Counted from the first letter of the stretch, positions 7,089 to 19,200 are shown. The stretch: DNA of 36,830 bases from an uncultured Oscillospiraceae bacterium (GCA_964500095.1 CAZCOF010000002.1:1-36830); one strand, 5' to 3'. The notes: generated from the sequence alone by a model not told the origin. Program-made: numbers and translations.

Positions 7089-10000
7089 ATGAAAATAAAA
7101 CAAATTGCTTTAATATTAATAGCAGTCTTAGTGTTAGGTATGACGCCCGCATACGCAACAGACAGCACACCTGCTTGGAAGGAATTTTATGTTTCAACTC
7201 AAGGTAGTGATGCTAATCCCGGAACTATCGATGCTCCCTTTGCAACTTTAGAGCGAGCACAGAAAGCAGTTCGTGAAGTAAATAACGATATGCAGGGAGA
7301 CATTGTGGTAAACATTCTTGGCGGAACTTACTTTTTAGACAAGATGTTAGAGTTTACCCCTGCAGATTCAGGTAAAAACGGATATAATATAATCTATCGC
7401 GGTGAAGAGGGAAATATGCCCGTTATTTCAGGCGGTAAAAAGGTCGAAGGATTTACAGCATCTGCTGAATATCCCGGTGTATATGAAACAACAGTAGAAG
7501 GAATAGACAGAATAGGCGCATTATATGTAAATGATGTAAGACGCTATATGGCAAAGGCTTCAAGAACAGTAACAGGTCTTAAAAAGCCTGAAAAATATGA
7601 TAACAAAGAATGGTACGACGCTCATCCAAACGATCAGCTCGACAACCATTATAACTATCACGACCCCGATACACAGTATATGTTCGACGGTATGTATATG
7701 TCTAAAGAAGACATCGGTTTTTATGAAAATCAGCAAGACATTATGTTTTTGTGGGATGATTCGTGGAAAACTCACGTTATCCCCGTTGAATCAATCGAGG
7801 CAACTCCTGATGATTCGTCACAGGTTATCGTAAGAATGAAGCGTGGTTTATGGGATTTTGCACAGAAGAACAACGAGTGGCAGGGAAACTATCCCCGACC
7901 TGAAAAAGGCTTCATTATGATGAATGCGATGGAATTCTTAGATGAACCCGGCGAATACTATTATAACCGAAAAACATCTAAGCTTTACTATATGCCGTAT
8001 GATTACGAAAATATGGAAAACTCAGAGGTTATAGTTCCCAATGTTGAATTCTTAATGTTCATCACAGGTGAGAGTGTATATAATAAGGTAGAAAATGTCA
8101 CTTTTTCAGGAATCAGATTCGCCCACAACAAGTGGACATCCTGGATGGAAGGCTTTATGGGAGAGCAGGCAGATAACACACGTGCACTTTACGATGAAAT
8201 GTTTGAAATAAATATGCCATACAGCCTTGACTACAGAGCGTCAGAACCATACGCTATTGTTATGCAGATGACGGATAATGTAGATTTTTTAGGCAACCAT
8301 TTTGACGATTTATCTACAAGTGCGTTAAATTTAGCTAATGGTGTCGAAAATTCAGATATTACAGGAAACGCATTTTCAGATTTAGGTAACGGTGCTATCC
8401 GTCTGGGCAGCAGTATGCACGCTACATCTATGATAGGCGAAGACGGTGTTTCAGATGAGCCGCCTGCCGACGCAGGAATGGTAAGTCTTAACGATATGAT
8501 TTATCACAGAATCAATGCGTCTTATGTAGGCGACTGGGATGCTAAAGGCTATAATGAACATTTGCAGCAGAGAGGTCTTGCTACCTTAACAGGAGCATTT
8601 ATCTACAGTATCCGCGAAAAACCCGCAGAACATTTGAGAACGTGGGTGGAAGACTACACCTATTACGGTGCGTGGAAATCAGACCCGCTCTCACCCGCTC
8701 GCGGAGAAAAATCTTGGGTAAGATACGACTTTTTAAAGCCGTATTCTATGGATAAGATTGTTCTTGCTTTTGACTCAAGATTTATAACGAATGAAGAAAA
8801 GAGTAATTTTGAAATTTTAGTTTCAAACGATAAGGAATTCAAAGAAGGCACCTACGAAGTAGTTGCTACTCAAAACTCTCCTGCTTCTGAAATTGCAGAA
8901 TACACAATTAACACAGACGAAAAATATCAGTATGTGATGATTCGTACGCTTGGTGCAACACCGCTTGCACTCTCTCGAGCTTGGACATTTACACCCGATG
9001 TAAAGCCAAGTCCGAAATATGAGCGTTGTCACGACAATACTATTACTAATAACTACATAGACAGATACGGTGTTGACATACACAAGGCTACCGCAATCTT
9101 AATGTACTACTCAAACGATAACGTAATAAACCACAACGAAATAACCGATGGAGGTTATTCAGCTATGGGTTTATCCTGGGGTTGGGGTTCAAGCAGAAAT
9201 GGTGCATCCAACAATGATATTTCATATAACTATGTACACAATGTAACACAGACAACTCACGACGGCGGTGGTTTGTACTCCGTTGGTAATATGTTTGGTT
9301 CTACTATGACAAACAACTTTGTTGATGGTTCCGGTGTTGGTATCAGAGCGTATTATCAGGACTCAGGTTCTTCTGAATATTTGATTAAAAACAACGTAGC
9401 AGAAAATGCAGCTCAGATAATGTCACCTTACAACAGTAGTGTTAAAAATAACACATACGTAGACAACTATGCTCCGCATACACAGGCTGCTTTGCAGAAT
9501 GCTGCAGGAAACAACTATGAAGACCCGATTACATATACAGTCGGACAGCCGCCGAAAGAAGTATATGCAATTATAGAACGCGCCGGTATAGAAGATGAGT
9601 ATGAACATATTAAATCTTGGGTTGATGACGGCGAAAATGACTTAGTCGATAAAAAATATTTGTATGATTGGCACGTAGGCACACACTTCGACTTAAAGAA
9701 AACAGGTTCTTTAGCAGAAGCAAACGGTATTTTAAAAAGTGATGCATTCGGAAACTCTCTTGGAATGTTCCCGCCTGAGTATAAGTTCAAACTACAAAAA
9801 GCAGTAGACGCTTTGGAAAATGCGAATGATGCAAATAAAATGTATATGCTTTTAGGACTCGAAACAGCTGTAAGAGAAGCAAAAGAAAATGTTATAAGAT
9901 ATACTTTGCCTGAAACTGTAGAGCTTGCAAAAAAAGCTGCAGAAAACGCAAAAAGTGAGATAGACGGTAACAAGACTGCTTTCGGTGTATATCCTGAAAA

Positions 10001-10916
10001 GGAAATTAAAAGCTTCAAAGATAAAGTTGCAGAGCTTGAGAAAAAGGCAAATCTTGTTAAAAATGAAGAAGAAGAGTACGAAGTTTTGGTAGCACTCGAA
10101 AAAGCATACAACGACTTTACGGCAAAAGCGTATAGTGCTGACATCGCTATGGTGTATTCTGAAGCTATAAACGGATACAGCATAAATAAAGAAAAAGGCG
10201 AAATTGTCTTAAACGTACCCGTTACTACAGATGTTTCAAAGATGCAGCTTGAAATCATTCCGGAAGGAAGTGCAAAAATCGCAGTTTCATTGGAAAAAGA
10301 ACTCGATTTAACAAAACCGTATAATATTCCGATGTATTGTAAGGCGAATGACCAATATAAGCATTGGATAATTAAAGCTTCAGTTGATGCAGGAAACAAT
10401 GCTGAAACAATATTTGATTCAAACTGGTACACAGAATCAACTAAGGAAAACCCAATCAAAAAATCCTTAGTAGGTACATATTTAACTGCAAGTCCGCACG
10501 TTTATATGTCAGATTATAAGTCTTTATCAGGTGGCAAGACAACGTTTAGATTCGCGCCTATGACCTATAATGAATTAAACAGCTTTACATTTATTTTAGG
10601 CGCAAACATCTATAATGGTCTTGACAGAAACGGTACAGGTATTGAAAACAACAGATGCGAAGTTGTATTTAACGAAACGGAAGCATCGCTTTACGCGGTA
10701 AATGAAGGCAAAAAGACACTGATTAAGACAGTGACAACGCCACTTGTATATAATGAAGAAAATACATTTACCTACGAAATAAACAATATAAACGGACAAA
10801 CACAGGTTTATGTTGAATTAAACGGAGAAACTATTTTCAATAGCGTTGTAAACATAAATCTGGTAGAGAGATATTTCGGATGCTTTACTGATAAAGTAGG
10901 CATAAGAATTTATTAA
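7089..10916 (+). CDS. Secreted right-handed parallel beta-helix glycosidase (GH141-like) with inserted F5/8 discoidin domain and C-terminal accessory domains
   Basis: GGAGG RBS, ATG 7089, signal peptide. 'FYVSTQGSDANPGTIDAPFATLERAQ', 'GGTYFL', 'PVISGG', 'FLDEPGEYYY', PbH1 repeats, and 'HDGGGLYS'/'YYQDSGSS' acidic motifs as seen in GH141-like proteins. Confidence 0.8.
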   Translation: MKIKQIALILIAVLVLGMTPAYATDSTPAWKEFYVSTQGSDANPGTIDAPFATLERAQKAVREVNNDMQGDIVVNILGGTYFLDKMLEFTPADSGKNGYNIIYRGEEGNMPVISGGKKVEGFTASAEYPGVYETTVEGIDRIGALYVNDVRRYMAKASRTVTGLKKPEKYDNKEWYDAHPNDQLDNHYNYHDPDTQYMFDGMYMSKEDIGFYENQQDIMFLWDDSWKTHVIPVESIEATPDDSSQVIVRMKRGLWDFAQKNNEWQGNYPRPEKGFIMMNAMEFLDEPGEYYYNRKTSKLYYMPYDYENMENSEVIVPNVEFLMFITGESVYNKVENVTFSGIRFAHNKWTSWMEGFMGEQADNTRALYDEMFEINMPYSLDYRASEPYAIVMQMTDNVDFLGNHFDDLSTSALNLANGVENSDITGNAFSDLGNGAIRLGSSMHATSMIGEDGVSDEPPADAGMVSLNDMIYHRINASYVGDWDAKGYNEHLQQRGLATLTGAFIYSIREKPAEHLRTWVEDYTYYGAWKSDPLSPARGEKSWVRYDFLKPYSMDKIVLAFDSRFITNEEKSNFEILVSNDKEFKEGTYEVVATQNSPASEIAEYTINTDEKYQYVMIRTLGATPLALSRAWTFTPDVKPSPKYERCHDNTITNNYIDRYGVDIHKATAILMYYSNDNVINHNEITDGGYSAMGLSWGWGSSRNGASNNDISYNYVHNVTQTTHDGGGLYSVGNMFGSTMTNNFVDGSGVGIRAYYQDSGSSEYLIKNNVAENAAQIMSPYNSSVKNNTYVDNYAPHTQAALQNAAGNNYEDPITYTVGQPPKEVYAIIERAGIEDEYEHIKSWVDDGENDLVDKKYLYDWHVGTHFDLKKTGSLAEANGILKSDAFGNSLGMFPPEYKFKLQKAVDALENANDANKMYMLLGLETAVREAKENVIRYTLPETVELAKKAAENAKSEIDGNKTAFGVYPEKEIKSFKDKVAELEKKANLVKNEEEEYEVLVALEKAYNDFTAKAYSADIAMVYSEAINGYSINKEKGEIVLNVPVTTDVSKMQLEIIPEGSAKIAVSLEKELDLTKPYNIPMYCKANDQYKHWIIKASVDAGNNAETIFDSNWYTESTKENPIKKSLVGTYLTASPHVYMSDYKSLSGGKTTFRFAPMTYNELNSFTFILGANIYNGLDRNGTGIENNRCEVVFNETEASLYAVNEGKKTLIKTVTTPLVYNEENTFTYEINNINGQTQVYVELNGETIFNSVVNINLVERYFGCFTDKVGIRIY

Positions 10917-10935
10917 GAAAGGCAGGTATATAGTA

Positions 10936-13900
10936 ATGATAAAATTTGCAAACAGACTGTTGACTTTGCTGCTTGCAGTTACAATGGTATTTACAGTTAT
11001 TCCTGCTGTAAATGTATCCGCTGATACGCCTGTTGACCTCATTCACGATGAAGACGGCATTGTAAGACCCGGTGTATACGTTACAAGCTTTGGCGGCGAG
11101 TTCAGTAGCAACGCTACGCCGCTTGCACGCGTTATTGATAACTCAGCTTCAACCGGCAACTGGGTGCCTGATCAGAATGCTGTAACCGCCGAAAATCCTG
11201 CATGGGTTCAGGTTAATTTCCCTGTTGCACACGTTTTGACTGAAGTTGCTGTAACGGCAGCTACCAGTACATGGCAAAACGCTGCATTTTCAGTTCGCGC
11301 TTCAAATGATATTGATTTTTCAGAAAGCGTGCTTATCGGCGAAAAATCACCCAACTGGAGTTACACTGCAGGCGAAGTAATTACTTTTTCTGTTGCAGAC
11401 ACAAACAGATATCAGTATGTAAGAATTACACCGCTCGACAGAGCAAGTATGGGTGTTACAGAAATTGATATCAAAGGTTATGAAGAAGATATGCCTGCTC
11501 CTACAGATTCACTTTTAACCGAAAGAACTGATGTAGTAGCATCAACTTCAGCTGAGGCATATTCTGATTCTTACACACCTCAGCACGCCATAGACGGAAG
11601 TAACTCAACTATGTCGGTGTCAGTGCTTACTGCATATCCTATATTTGATATTGACTTGAGAAGAGAAGTGGAAATTTCACAAATCAGATGGTTGCCACGA
11701 GCAACAAATGCATCTCCGGGTATTATAAAGAATTTCGAAGTTTATGTTTCCAAAACAGGTGAATTTGACGGCGAAGAAAAACTTGTTTACAGACGCTTTG
11801 ACAATTCTGCACCGCTGACTGCCGAAAATTATACAATCGTAGCAGACGGCAAATCCTACAGATATGTGCGTTTTAAAAGTACAAGTTCACAAAACATCTC
11901 CTTTGATGTAAGCGAGATAGAGATTTACGGAACGGAAATTGTGTCATCTGCAATTACAAATATAGCAAGCTCTGCAACTGTAACTGCAAGCTCAGGGGCG
12001 AACCCCACAGCAACAAACGATGGTTATATATCAAATTCTTGGAAATCAGCAGTGGGAAGCACAACCGCTGATATTACATACGATTTTGGCGATTCCCCGC
12101 TTGCGACAACTTCTATTATGTTGTTCCCGATTTATGAAAAAGTGGACAGCGTAGAAAACACAGAGATAAGAAAGAATTTTAATATTTATGGTTCAGTAGA
12201 CGGAACATTTTCTGACAAAGAGCTTATAGCAAGCGTGGGTGACGAAGCGATAAAACGCGGTCAGTATAAGGTTTTTGATATAGAGCCAAAGGTTTATAAA
12301 GCCATAAAAATCGAAAAGAGCGGAACATCAACTCCTGTAGATATGTCAGGACTTGGTTTTCGTGAAGTTAAAATTCTAAATGACACATCAAAAACAGAAG
12401 TAAAAGTTGTGAATTACACGCCTGCAAATGACACCAATACAGATATTGTTAAAGCAGACGATACTACAACAAATTACATTGAAATAGAGTTAAGTAAAAC
12501 TCCGGATATGGCGACTGTAACACCTGATACAGTTAAAATATTAGATAATGGTACAGCTGTTGACTGGAAAACAGGTGTTGATGATGCTGTTACAGTGGAA
12601 GGAAATACTGCAAAAATCAGTATGAAAGCTCTTAATGTAAATAAAACATATACTGTAGTTGTTACGGCAGGCGGAGTAAAGACAACAAATGGTCTGCCCT
12701 TAACAGAAACAAAGACGTTTTCATTTACAACTAATGTGAACATAACAGTTACAGGGACATTCCCTGCAAACGGTAACAGTGTTGAGATTGTTAATGAAGA
12801 TAACTCATACAATGCAGTAGAAGTTACATTTAACAAAAACTTAGAAGAAACCACGGTTATTCCTGCGAATATCACAATAACCGATGTGACTGATGGTGCA
12901 AATAACGTAGTTTCAGTCTGGGACGCTACTGTAGTTGACAATAAATTCAGTATAAGCACAGAATACCTTGCTGCAAACAAGGACTATACCTTAACTATAA
13001 CAGACAGAGTAAAGACGAAGCGTAACCTTTCGCTTACTGCAACACCGTATACACTTTCGTTCGGAACGCACGTTGTTGTTGAACTCTTGTCAAACGTGCC
13101 CACAGACGGACAGAATATAGAATATTCAAATGCAGACGGAACATATAACTTTGTTGAAGCTATATTTAATAAAAACATTGACCCTGCAACAGTTAATCCT
13201 GATAACGTAGAAATTAAAAATGTAACAGACAATACAGTAGTTACTGATTGGGAAGCTGTAGTAGAGGGAAAGACTGTAAAAGTGAGCACAGAATATCTTG
13301 CTCCGAACAAAAGATACACCATAACTTTTGAGCAGGGTGGCATAATGACTGCAACACAAAATATGCCGCTGACAGAAGATGAATCATTTGCATTTACTAC
13401 AAACGTTGATGTAAATGTTGTATCAAAAACTCCTAATAACGGAGTTTCCGGAATTACAAATATAGGTAACAGTAATCCTTTTATTGAAGTGGAGTTAAAC
13501 CGAGTTCCTGATGTTTTAAGCTTAACTCCTGATAATGTAAAGATTAAAACGGGTTCAACAACTGTTACAGGCTGGTCTGCAACTGTTTCAGGAAATAAAT
13601 TCAAAATTGATATTTCGAATTTAAGCTCAAATAAGACCTATACAGTTACTTTAACAAAGGGGATAACAGCGGGCGGATGCCCATTGTCATCTGAGCAGTC
13701 ATTTACATTTACAACAGGAACAATTATTAATGCTCCGTATAAAGAAGGTAAAATTATTACCAATGTAGCACTAAACAAGGCTGTTACAGGTAACTTAGAC
13801 AGTGCTTATTCTTCAAGATTTTCTCATATTGTAAACGGAGTGATTGGTTCAGGCGATTATACTGTAACAACAACATCCGGCGTTAGAATACAGGTTGATT

Positions 13901-16257
13901 TACAAAATGTATATGACGTTGTGGCATTCGAACTTCATCCAAGTACACAATCGGTACATAGCACTCTTTTACAAAATTTATCTGTTTTAGGAAGCAAAAC
14001 CGATTTAGATATTAACAATATGAGTTCCGAAAAGTCAACGTCACTGATTTTAGGCAGTTATCCTGCGGGTACTACAGGAAGTCAAATGATAACACTTTCG
14101 GCTCCTGAAAGCATCAGATATGTAGGTCTTTTCAGATCTGCTACGTACTGTGCTATAGGTGAGTTGACGGTTTATGCGTATGCAGATAAAGATTTTGGCA
14201 CGTGGAAAGTTACAAAGGGCGAAGAAACGATGACAGGGGTAGCAGATGCAGGTACATATACATTTTCTGTTCCTGTTACCAATTACGAAACAGACGCGGA
14301 CACCGATTACTATATGATAGTTTCAGCGTATGATGAAAATGCTGCCTTGCTTTATAAAAATACTGGCAATGTTACTGCGGTTAAAAATACGACATCGACG
14401 CTTGAGAATTCTATCGATATAAACGATGTATCAAATGTAGATACGATAACGGCGATTTTAGTAAAATCAACTTCCGACGGAAAATCTTTCATTGATGCAA
14501 AGACAATATATAAAACTGCTCCTGTTTCACCGGAAAGCACAGAAATTCCGATGACGCCGGCAACAACTCTTTCAGACTCAATAAAATTCAGCGTTGAAAA
14601 CGACGGATTCACAATGAGTGGAAAAGCGTACGAAAACGGATACATTAAACCTACTGACAGAATCAATTTACAAGTTTTAGAACCCAAAAGTGATAAAACA
14701 GGATATGATTTTGCTACAATATCAGCAAACGATTATGTATCAAAGCTATGCTATGCAAAAACCTATGGTATGTTTGCTGAAGGGGAAGATTTTGAATTCA
14801 AGTTCAAGGTAAAAGATGCCTTAGCGTATGGTGAATATAGCATTAAGTTAACACTTACTAAAGAAGACGGAACTAAAGAAACCCTAAACGAATATATAGT
14901 ATATTTAAGTGACGACGATATCACAAGCTGTATAACGGCATTCAAAAACTTTACAGCATCAGATGATATGCAAGCTCTGTTAAATACTTGGGTGACTACA
15001 AAGAAATATATCGGCAGTTCACAGCTTTATCAAGGATTAGATATTACAGATGTTCCTGATAGCTTTAATAAAATGTTTGAGTACCTTTGTGATATATACA
15101 TTGAAGAAGGCAGTATGACAAAAATTTCAGATGTTACTGATTGCTTAAATGGTGCATATATCATTTCAATGTTTGAAGCAAACAATGCAACAAGTGCGAG
15201 TGCAGCTTTAACAACATATCCCAACGTATTAAAGGGAATGTATGATAAAGATGCGAATGTCGCTAAGTTTATTGCTGTATATTCTGATTTAAAATCTAAT
15301 ATACAGGATGCAGAGAGCTTAGAAAAAGTTTTGTGTTGGTCATCGGCACTGTCGTATGTTCAAAACGGCACAAGACGTGACATAAGCGATACAATAACAA
15401 AGAATCATACCTTAATGGGTTGCGATTTGGATTATGCTGCTACAAATGGTGTTACTGTAGATGATGTGGCGTTAAAGCTTGTCACAAATACAGTCAAAGC
15501 AAGCGATTATTACGACACATTCGGTCAAACCTTTAAGGATAAAGTAGACGAAATTGTCGCGGAACGCGGAAATTCCGGCACATCAGGTTCTTCATCTATC
15601 AAAGGAAATGTAAGTACGTATGTTCCGAACACAACATCTACGGTTCCTTCTGACGAACCGAAGGAAGATAAAGAAGTACAGGACGAACCCGAAAACAAAT
15701 ACTCCTTCAGTGATATAGAAAATATCACTTGGGCAAATGAGCATATCGAAACACTTTACAAAAAAGGAATAGTAAACGGAGCGGGCGATGGAAGATTCTA
15801 TCCCGATCGTTTGGTTTCTCGTGAAGAATTCTTAAAAATGCTTATAGAAGCATTGGAAATTGGAATTTCAGACGGCTTAATTACAGAATTTGAAGATTGC
15901 AAATCCAATGAGTGGTACTATCCTTATGTACAGATTGCCTCATCCAATAAAATCACAAACGGTATTGACAGAAAGAATTTTGGTATAGGCTTAAGTATTA
16001 CAAGAGAAGATATGGCGGTTTTAATCTCAAAATCACTCGCAATAAAGGGTGTGGTAGGTGAAAAGACCGATTATGCTTTTAAAGATGAGAATTTGATAAG
16101 TAAATATGCTGCAGATGCTGTAAATATGATGCATTCACTTGGACTCGTTAACGGCTTTGAAGACGGCACATTCGGACCTAAGCAGGGGACAACAAGAGCA
16201 CAGGCAGCAGTAATTATCGGAAGAATGTTAGAGCTTGTGGAGGGGGTTACTAAATGA
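10936..16257 (+). CDS. Large surface protein: four F5/8 (CBM32-like) domains, four SbsA/Big_5 Ig-like repeats, helical region, Ser/Thr linker, three C-terminal SLH domains
   Basis: Signal peptide. Discoidin motifs ('WVQVNFPVAHVLTEV', 'FDIDLRREVEISQI', 'IQVDLQNVYDV', 'RYVR'). Ig repeats ending 'FSFTT'. SLH 'FSDIENITWANEHIETLYKKGIVNG...VSREEF' and 'LVNGFEDGTFGPKQGTTRAQAAVII'. No catalytic motif recognised. Confidence 0.85.
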   Translation: MIKFANRLLTLLLAVTMVFTVIPAVNVSADTPVDLIHDEDGIVRPGVYVTSFGGEFSSNATPLARVIDNSASTGNWVPDQNAVTAENPAWVQVNFPVAHVLTEVAVTAATSTWQNAAFSVRASNDIDFSESVLIGEKSPNWSYTAGEVITFSVADTNRYQYVRITPLDRASMGVTEIDIKGYEEDMPAPTDSLLTERTDVVASTSAEAYSDSYTPQHAIDGSNSTMSVSVLTAYPIFDIDLRREVEISQIRWLPRATNASPGIIKNFEVYVSKTGEFDGEEKLVYRRFDNSAPLTAENYTIVADGKSYRYVRFKSTSSQNISFDVSEIEIYGTEIVSSAITNIASSATVTASSGANPTATNDGYISNSWKSAVGSTTADITYDFGDSPLATTSIMLFPIYEKVDSVENTEIRKNFNIYGSVDGTFSDKELIASVGDEAIKRGQYKVFDIEPKVYKAIKIEKSGTSTPVDMSGLGFREVKILNDTSKTEVKVVNYTPANDTNTDIVKADDTTTNYIEIELSKTPDMATVTPDTVKILDNGTAVDWKTGVDDAVTVEGNTAKISMKALNVNKTYTVVVTAGGVKTTNGLPLTETKTFSFTTNVNITVTGTFPANGNSVEIVNEDNSYNAVEVTFNKNLEETTVIPANITITDVTDGANNVVSVWDATVVDNKFSISTEYLAANKDYTLTITDRVKTKRNLSLTATPYTLSFGTHVVVELLSNVPTDGQNIEYSNADGTYNFVEAIFNKNIDPATVNPDNVEIKNVTDNTVVTDWEAVVEGKTVKVSTEYLAPNKRYTITFEQGGIMTATQNMPLTEDESFAFTTNVDVNVVSKTPNNGVSGITNIGNSNPFIEVELNRVPDVLSLTPDNVKIKTGSTTVTGWSATVSGNKFKIDISNLSSNKTYTVTLTKGITAGGCPLSSEQSFTFTTGTIINAPYKEGKIITNVALNKAVTGNLDSAYSSRFSHIVNGVIGSGDYTVTTTSGVRIQVDLQNVYDVVAFELHPSTQSVHSTLLQNLSVLGSKTDLDINNMSSEKSTSLILGSYPAGTTGSQMITLSAPESIRYVGLFRSATYCAIGELTVYAYADKDFGTWKVTKGEETMTGVADAGTYTFSVPVTNYETDADTDYYMIVSAYDENAALLYKNTGNVTAVKNTTSTLENSIDINDVSNVDTITAILVKSTSDGKSFIDAKTIYKTAPVSPESTEIPMTPATTLSDSIKFSVENDGFTMSGKAYENGYIKPTDRINLQVLEPKSDKTGYDFATISANDYVSKLCYAKTYGMFAEGEDFEFKFKVKDALAYGEYSIKLTLTKEDGTKETLNEYIVYLSDDDITSCITAFKNFTASDDMQALLNTWVTTKKYIGSSQLYQGLDITDVPDSFNKMFEYLCDIYIEEGSMTKISDVTDCLNGAYIISMFEANNATSASAALTTYPNVLKGMYDKDANVAKFIAVYSDLKSNIQDAESLEKVLCWSSALSYVQNGTRRDISDTITKNHTLMGCDLDYAATNGVTVDDVALKLVTNTVKASDYYDTFGQTFKDKVDEIVAERGNSGTSGSSSIKGNVSTYVPNTTSTVPSDEPKEDKEVQDEPENKYSFSDIENITWANEHIETLYKKGIVNGAGDGRFYPDRLVSREEFLKMLIEALEIGISDGLITEFEDCKSNEWYYPYVQIASSNKITNGIDRKNFGIGLSITREDMAVLISKSLAIKGVVGEKTDYAFKDENLISKYAADAVNMMHSLGLVNGFEDGTFGPKQGTTRAQAAVIIGRMLELVEGVTK
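12395..13720 (+). repeat. Four tandem ~105-113 aa SbsA/Big_5-like Ig repeats within the 1773-aa protein
   Basis: Each unit has 'V....P.....N.(I/V)E..(L/F)(S/N)...D..TV.P.N(V/I).I.....V..W.A.V.G....(I/V)S...L..NK.YT.T......PL.....F.FTT'. Boundaries approximate. Confidence 0.8.
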
Positions 16258-19200
16258 AAAGAATAATTTCTGCATTTTTAACAATTACATTGATATTGTC
16301 TTCGGTAGCCTTTACTTCGATTGTATCAGCTGCTGAAGAGAACTCTACCGGCTTACCTAATGTCGCTTTAGGAAAGGCTGTAATGGCTCCCACTCAATAT
16401 TCGAGTTCCTATCCGCCCAGCAAAGCGGTAGACGGCGATGAAATGACAATCTGGGCAGACGGTAGCGAAGTAATCGGTGAAAAAATCGACGGAAAAGAAA
16501 AATTCGTAGTTGACCTTGGTGCTGTTTACAGCTTAGAACAGGTCATCGTAAGATCCCGTCGTGACGTAGATGCCGGAACCTACAGAAAAGGTTGGATTAT
16601 CGAGGCAGCTTTAGAATCTGATTTCAGCGATACCTTTGTTATAGGTGAAAAACCCACAGCGGGCGATTTTAAGAGTGACTTTATTTCCGATTTTTCAGAA
16701 CCTGTTATTGCAAGATATATACTTGTACACACAACTGCGACATACTTGATTATTTCTGAAATAGAAGCATACGGCGTAAAATACACAGGAGAAGAAAAGG
16801 TGTCTTATGAAGATGTAAAGCCGGGCAATTACAACGCCGGACAAATGGTTGCAAGTCTTGGATTGATAGATGGTGTATCCTCTACAGAGCTTGGTGCAGA
16901 TCACCTTGTGAGAAGAGAAGAAGCAACAAAAATTGTCGCACTTACTGCCGGACTTGACATTCAAAAAACCGAAACAAGCAGTTTTTCGGATGTTGCAACG
17001 GATAATAAGTATTTAAGCTACATAGAAGCTTGTTTAAAAGCAGGTATAATTTCAAAGAGTGATACGTATAGACCGCGTGATTTTGTGCGCGGAACAGAGC
17101 TTTTAAAAATGCTTACAACAGCAATGGGGTATAGTGACGTGTTGACAAAGCTTGGGTCGTATCCTGCTAATGTTTTGGAATTGACAAGAAAGTTAGAGCT
17201 TACAAAAGGCGTAGATTTAGTCCTTGATGACCATGCCTCAAAGGAAGATATTTTAAGAATTTTATATAATTCACTATTAGCTCCTACTGTTGATATAACT
17301 GCATTTAATGATGGCGGTATCTTATATGGTGAAGGCGAGACTCTTTTAAAGCGAGCTTTTGGTCTTGAATATTTACAGGGAATAGTTACCGAAAACAGTA
17401 TCACAGGATTGGTAAGTCCAAATAAAACAAGCAGTAATAGTGTGAAAATCAATAACATCAAATATTACGATGAAAAGAATGCTGTTCATGAGCTTATTGG
17501 TCAAAATGTTTATTATCTTGCAGATGAAGACAATGTTATAGCTGCGGCTTGGGATAATAAAGATAGACAGGAAGTTTATACAATATTTACAAAGGATATC
17601 GTATTGTCACAATCTACCGCTAATTCAATCGTGGTTGAAACCGAAGACGAAGAAGAAGAATTCACATTAAATAATCCGCCGTATGTGCTCAAAAACGGTG
17701 TTGCGTATGACGATTATACAAAGGATTCGCTGGACGTTGTAAATGGTACAATAAAGCTTATAGACAACAACAAGGACGGCACGATAGACGTCATCAACAT
17801 TTTTGAGCCTAAAGTATTGGTTTTGGATTATATAAAAGATATTTCCGGTCGGCTTTCAGCGGGTGGCATAAACGGTGAAAGTATAGATGTTTCAGGATAT
17901 AGATATTTAAGTATAAAACGAAACGGAAAAGAAACAGTACTTGATGAAATAGTCAAGGGCAATTTAGTTTATGCGTATATTTCTGAAAACGGAGAAAGTG
18001 TAATACTTGATATTTGTCGTAATTCTGCCACAGGAACTGTAACTGCACTTACTTCAGAAAATATTTTTGTTGATGGAGAAGAGTACGGTTTTTCTCAGTA
18101 TTATCTGCAAAACAAAGACAGACAAGAAAAACTTGTTTTATCTATGAATGCGACCTTTATATTTAACGAGCAGAATGAGCTTGTTTGGATTTGCGATGTA
18201 GAATTTGCTGCAAAGCCAAGCGTCTTAGCTGTTACACAACATTATGAAATTTCTTATGGATATGAAAACATAAAGCTTTTGCTTTATACAGAAAACTCAG
18301 AATTTTTAACATTAGAGATTGCAGATAGATTGATTATGGATGGGACTACCTATTCACAAAGTAATCTGAGAACACTTCTGGAAAATAATTCCGGATATCT
18401 AATAGGAAAACTTGTTATTTATAATGTAAACAGCAAAGACCAGATAAATAAAATTGATACGGAAAACTATAATCCGTTATACGAAACAAACTCAAAGCTT
18501 GTTGATATGAATATATCTATAGCAAAGGGTAACATAAAAGCAACAGACGGTATTTATTCGGGTCACAATATGATTGTGCCTATAACGGAAGATTTTCCGA
18601 TGTTTATGATACCTGTAAACGGAAATTCTGTGCCGTATATCGGCAAGGAATATGAAAAATACTATTCTGTTTCAACTGTAGAAAAGAAATTTACAAAAGG
18701 TCAGATAAGTTTTGATGGCAGTATTTACTTTTACGGAACGGACAGCAGCGACAGTCCTGCTGTAGCGGTACATCGTTTCGGAATTGGCGAATCAACCAGT
18801 TCGATAGGTAAAATTTCAAGTATATCTGCAAACAATATGGTAGTTGATTCCATTTCGAAAGTTATTGACAGTAATGGTGATATATGTTATGGCATAAGTG
18901 GTTTTGATTTGAATACGGGCAATAAAGTAAAGCTTGTTACTGCGGCAAGAATTAAAAAGGTTATTGATAGTTATAAAATCCAGCAGGCAGAAGGAGATAC
19001 AGATGTTCCCGAAAATAAAAGACCTACTTCAAGTTGGTTTACGACCTATCATCTGCTTGAATCCGTAAGCGGCTTATCATACTACATTACGTCCATTGAA
19101 GAGTTAAAATGCGGCGATGTTATCAGATATGCAACATCAGGTGGAGAAACTCTGTGTTTAGAAAGAATTTATAGCGTGGAAGACAGCAATTTGTCAGATT

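Noticed and set aside
9515..10459. 314-aa minus-strand ORF
   Set aside because: Lies wholly antisense to the GH141-like gene, with Ser/Phe-rich composition typical of a codon-bias shadow; no motifs.
12474..13604. 168-aa and 206-aa minus-strand ORFs
   Set aside because: Antisense shadows of Thr/Val/Asn-rich Ig repeats.
12395..13720. Repeats as cohesins, CRISPR or DGR template/variable repeats
   Set aside because: Protein-level diverged Ig-like repeats with no exact DNA repeats, spacers, cas or reverse transcriptase genes; they lack cohesin signatures.
17760..17790. 'DNNKDGTID' (and 'DPDGNGKDD' in the SBP) as dockerin
   Set aside because: Single Ca-binding-type loops without the duplicated ~22-aa dockerin repeat.
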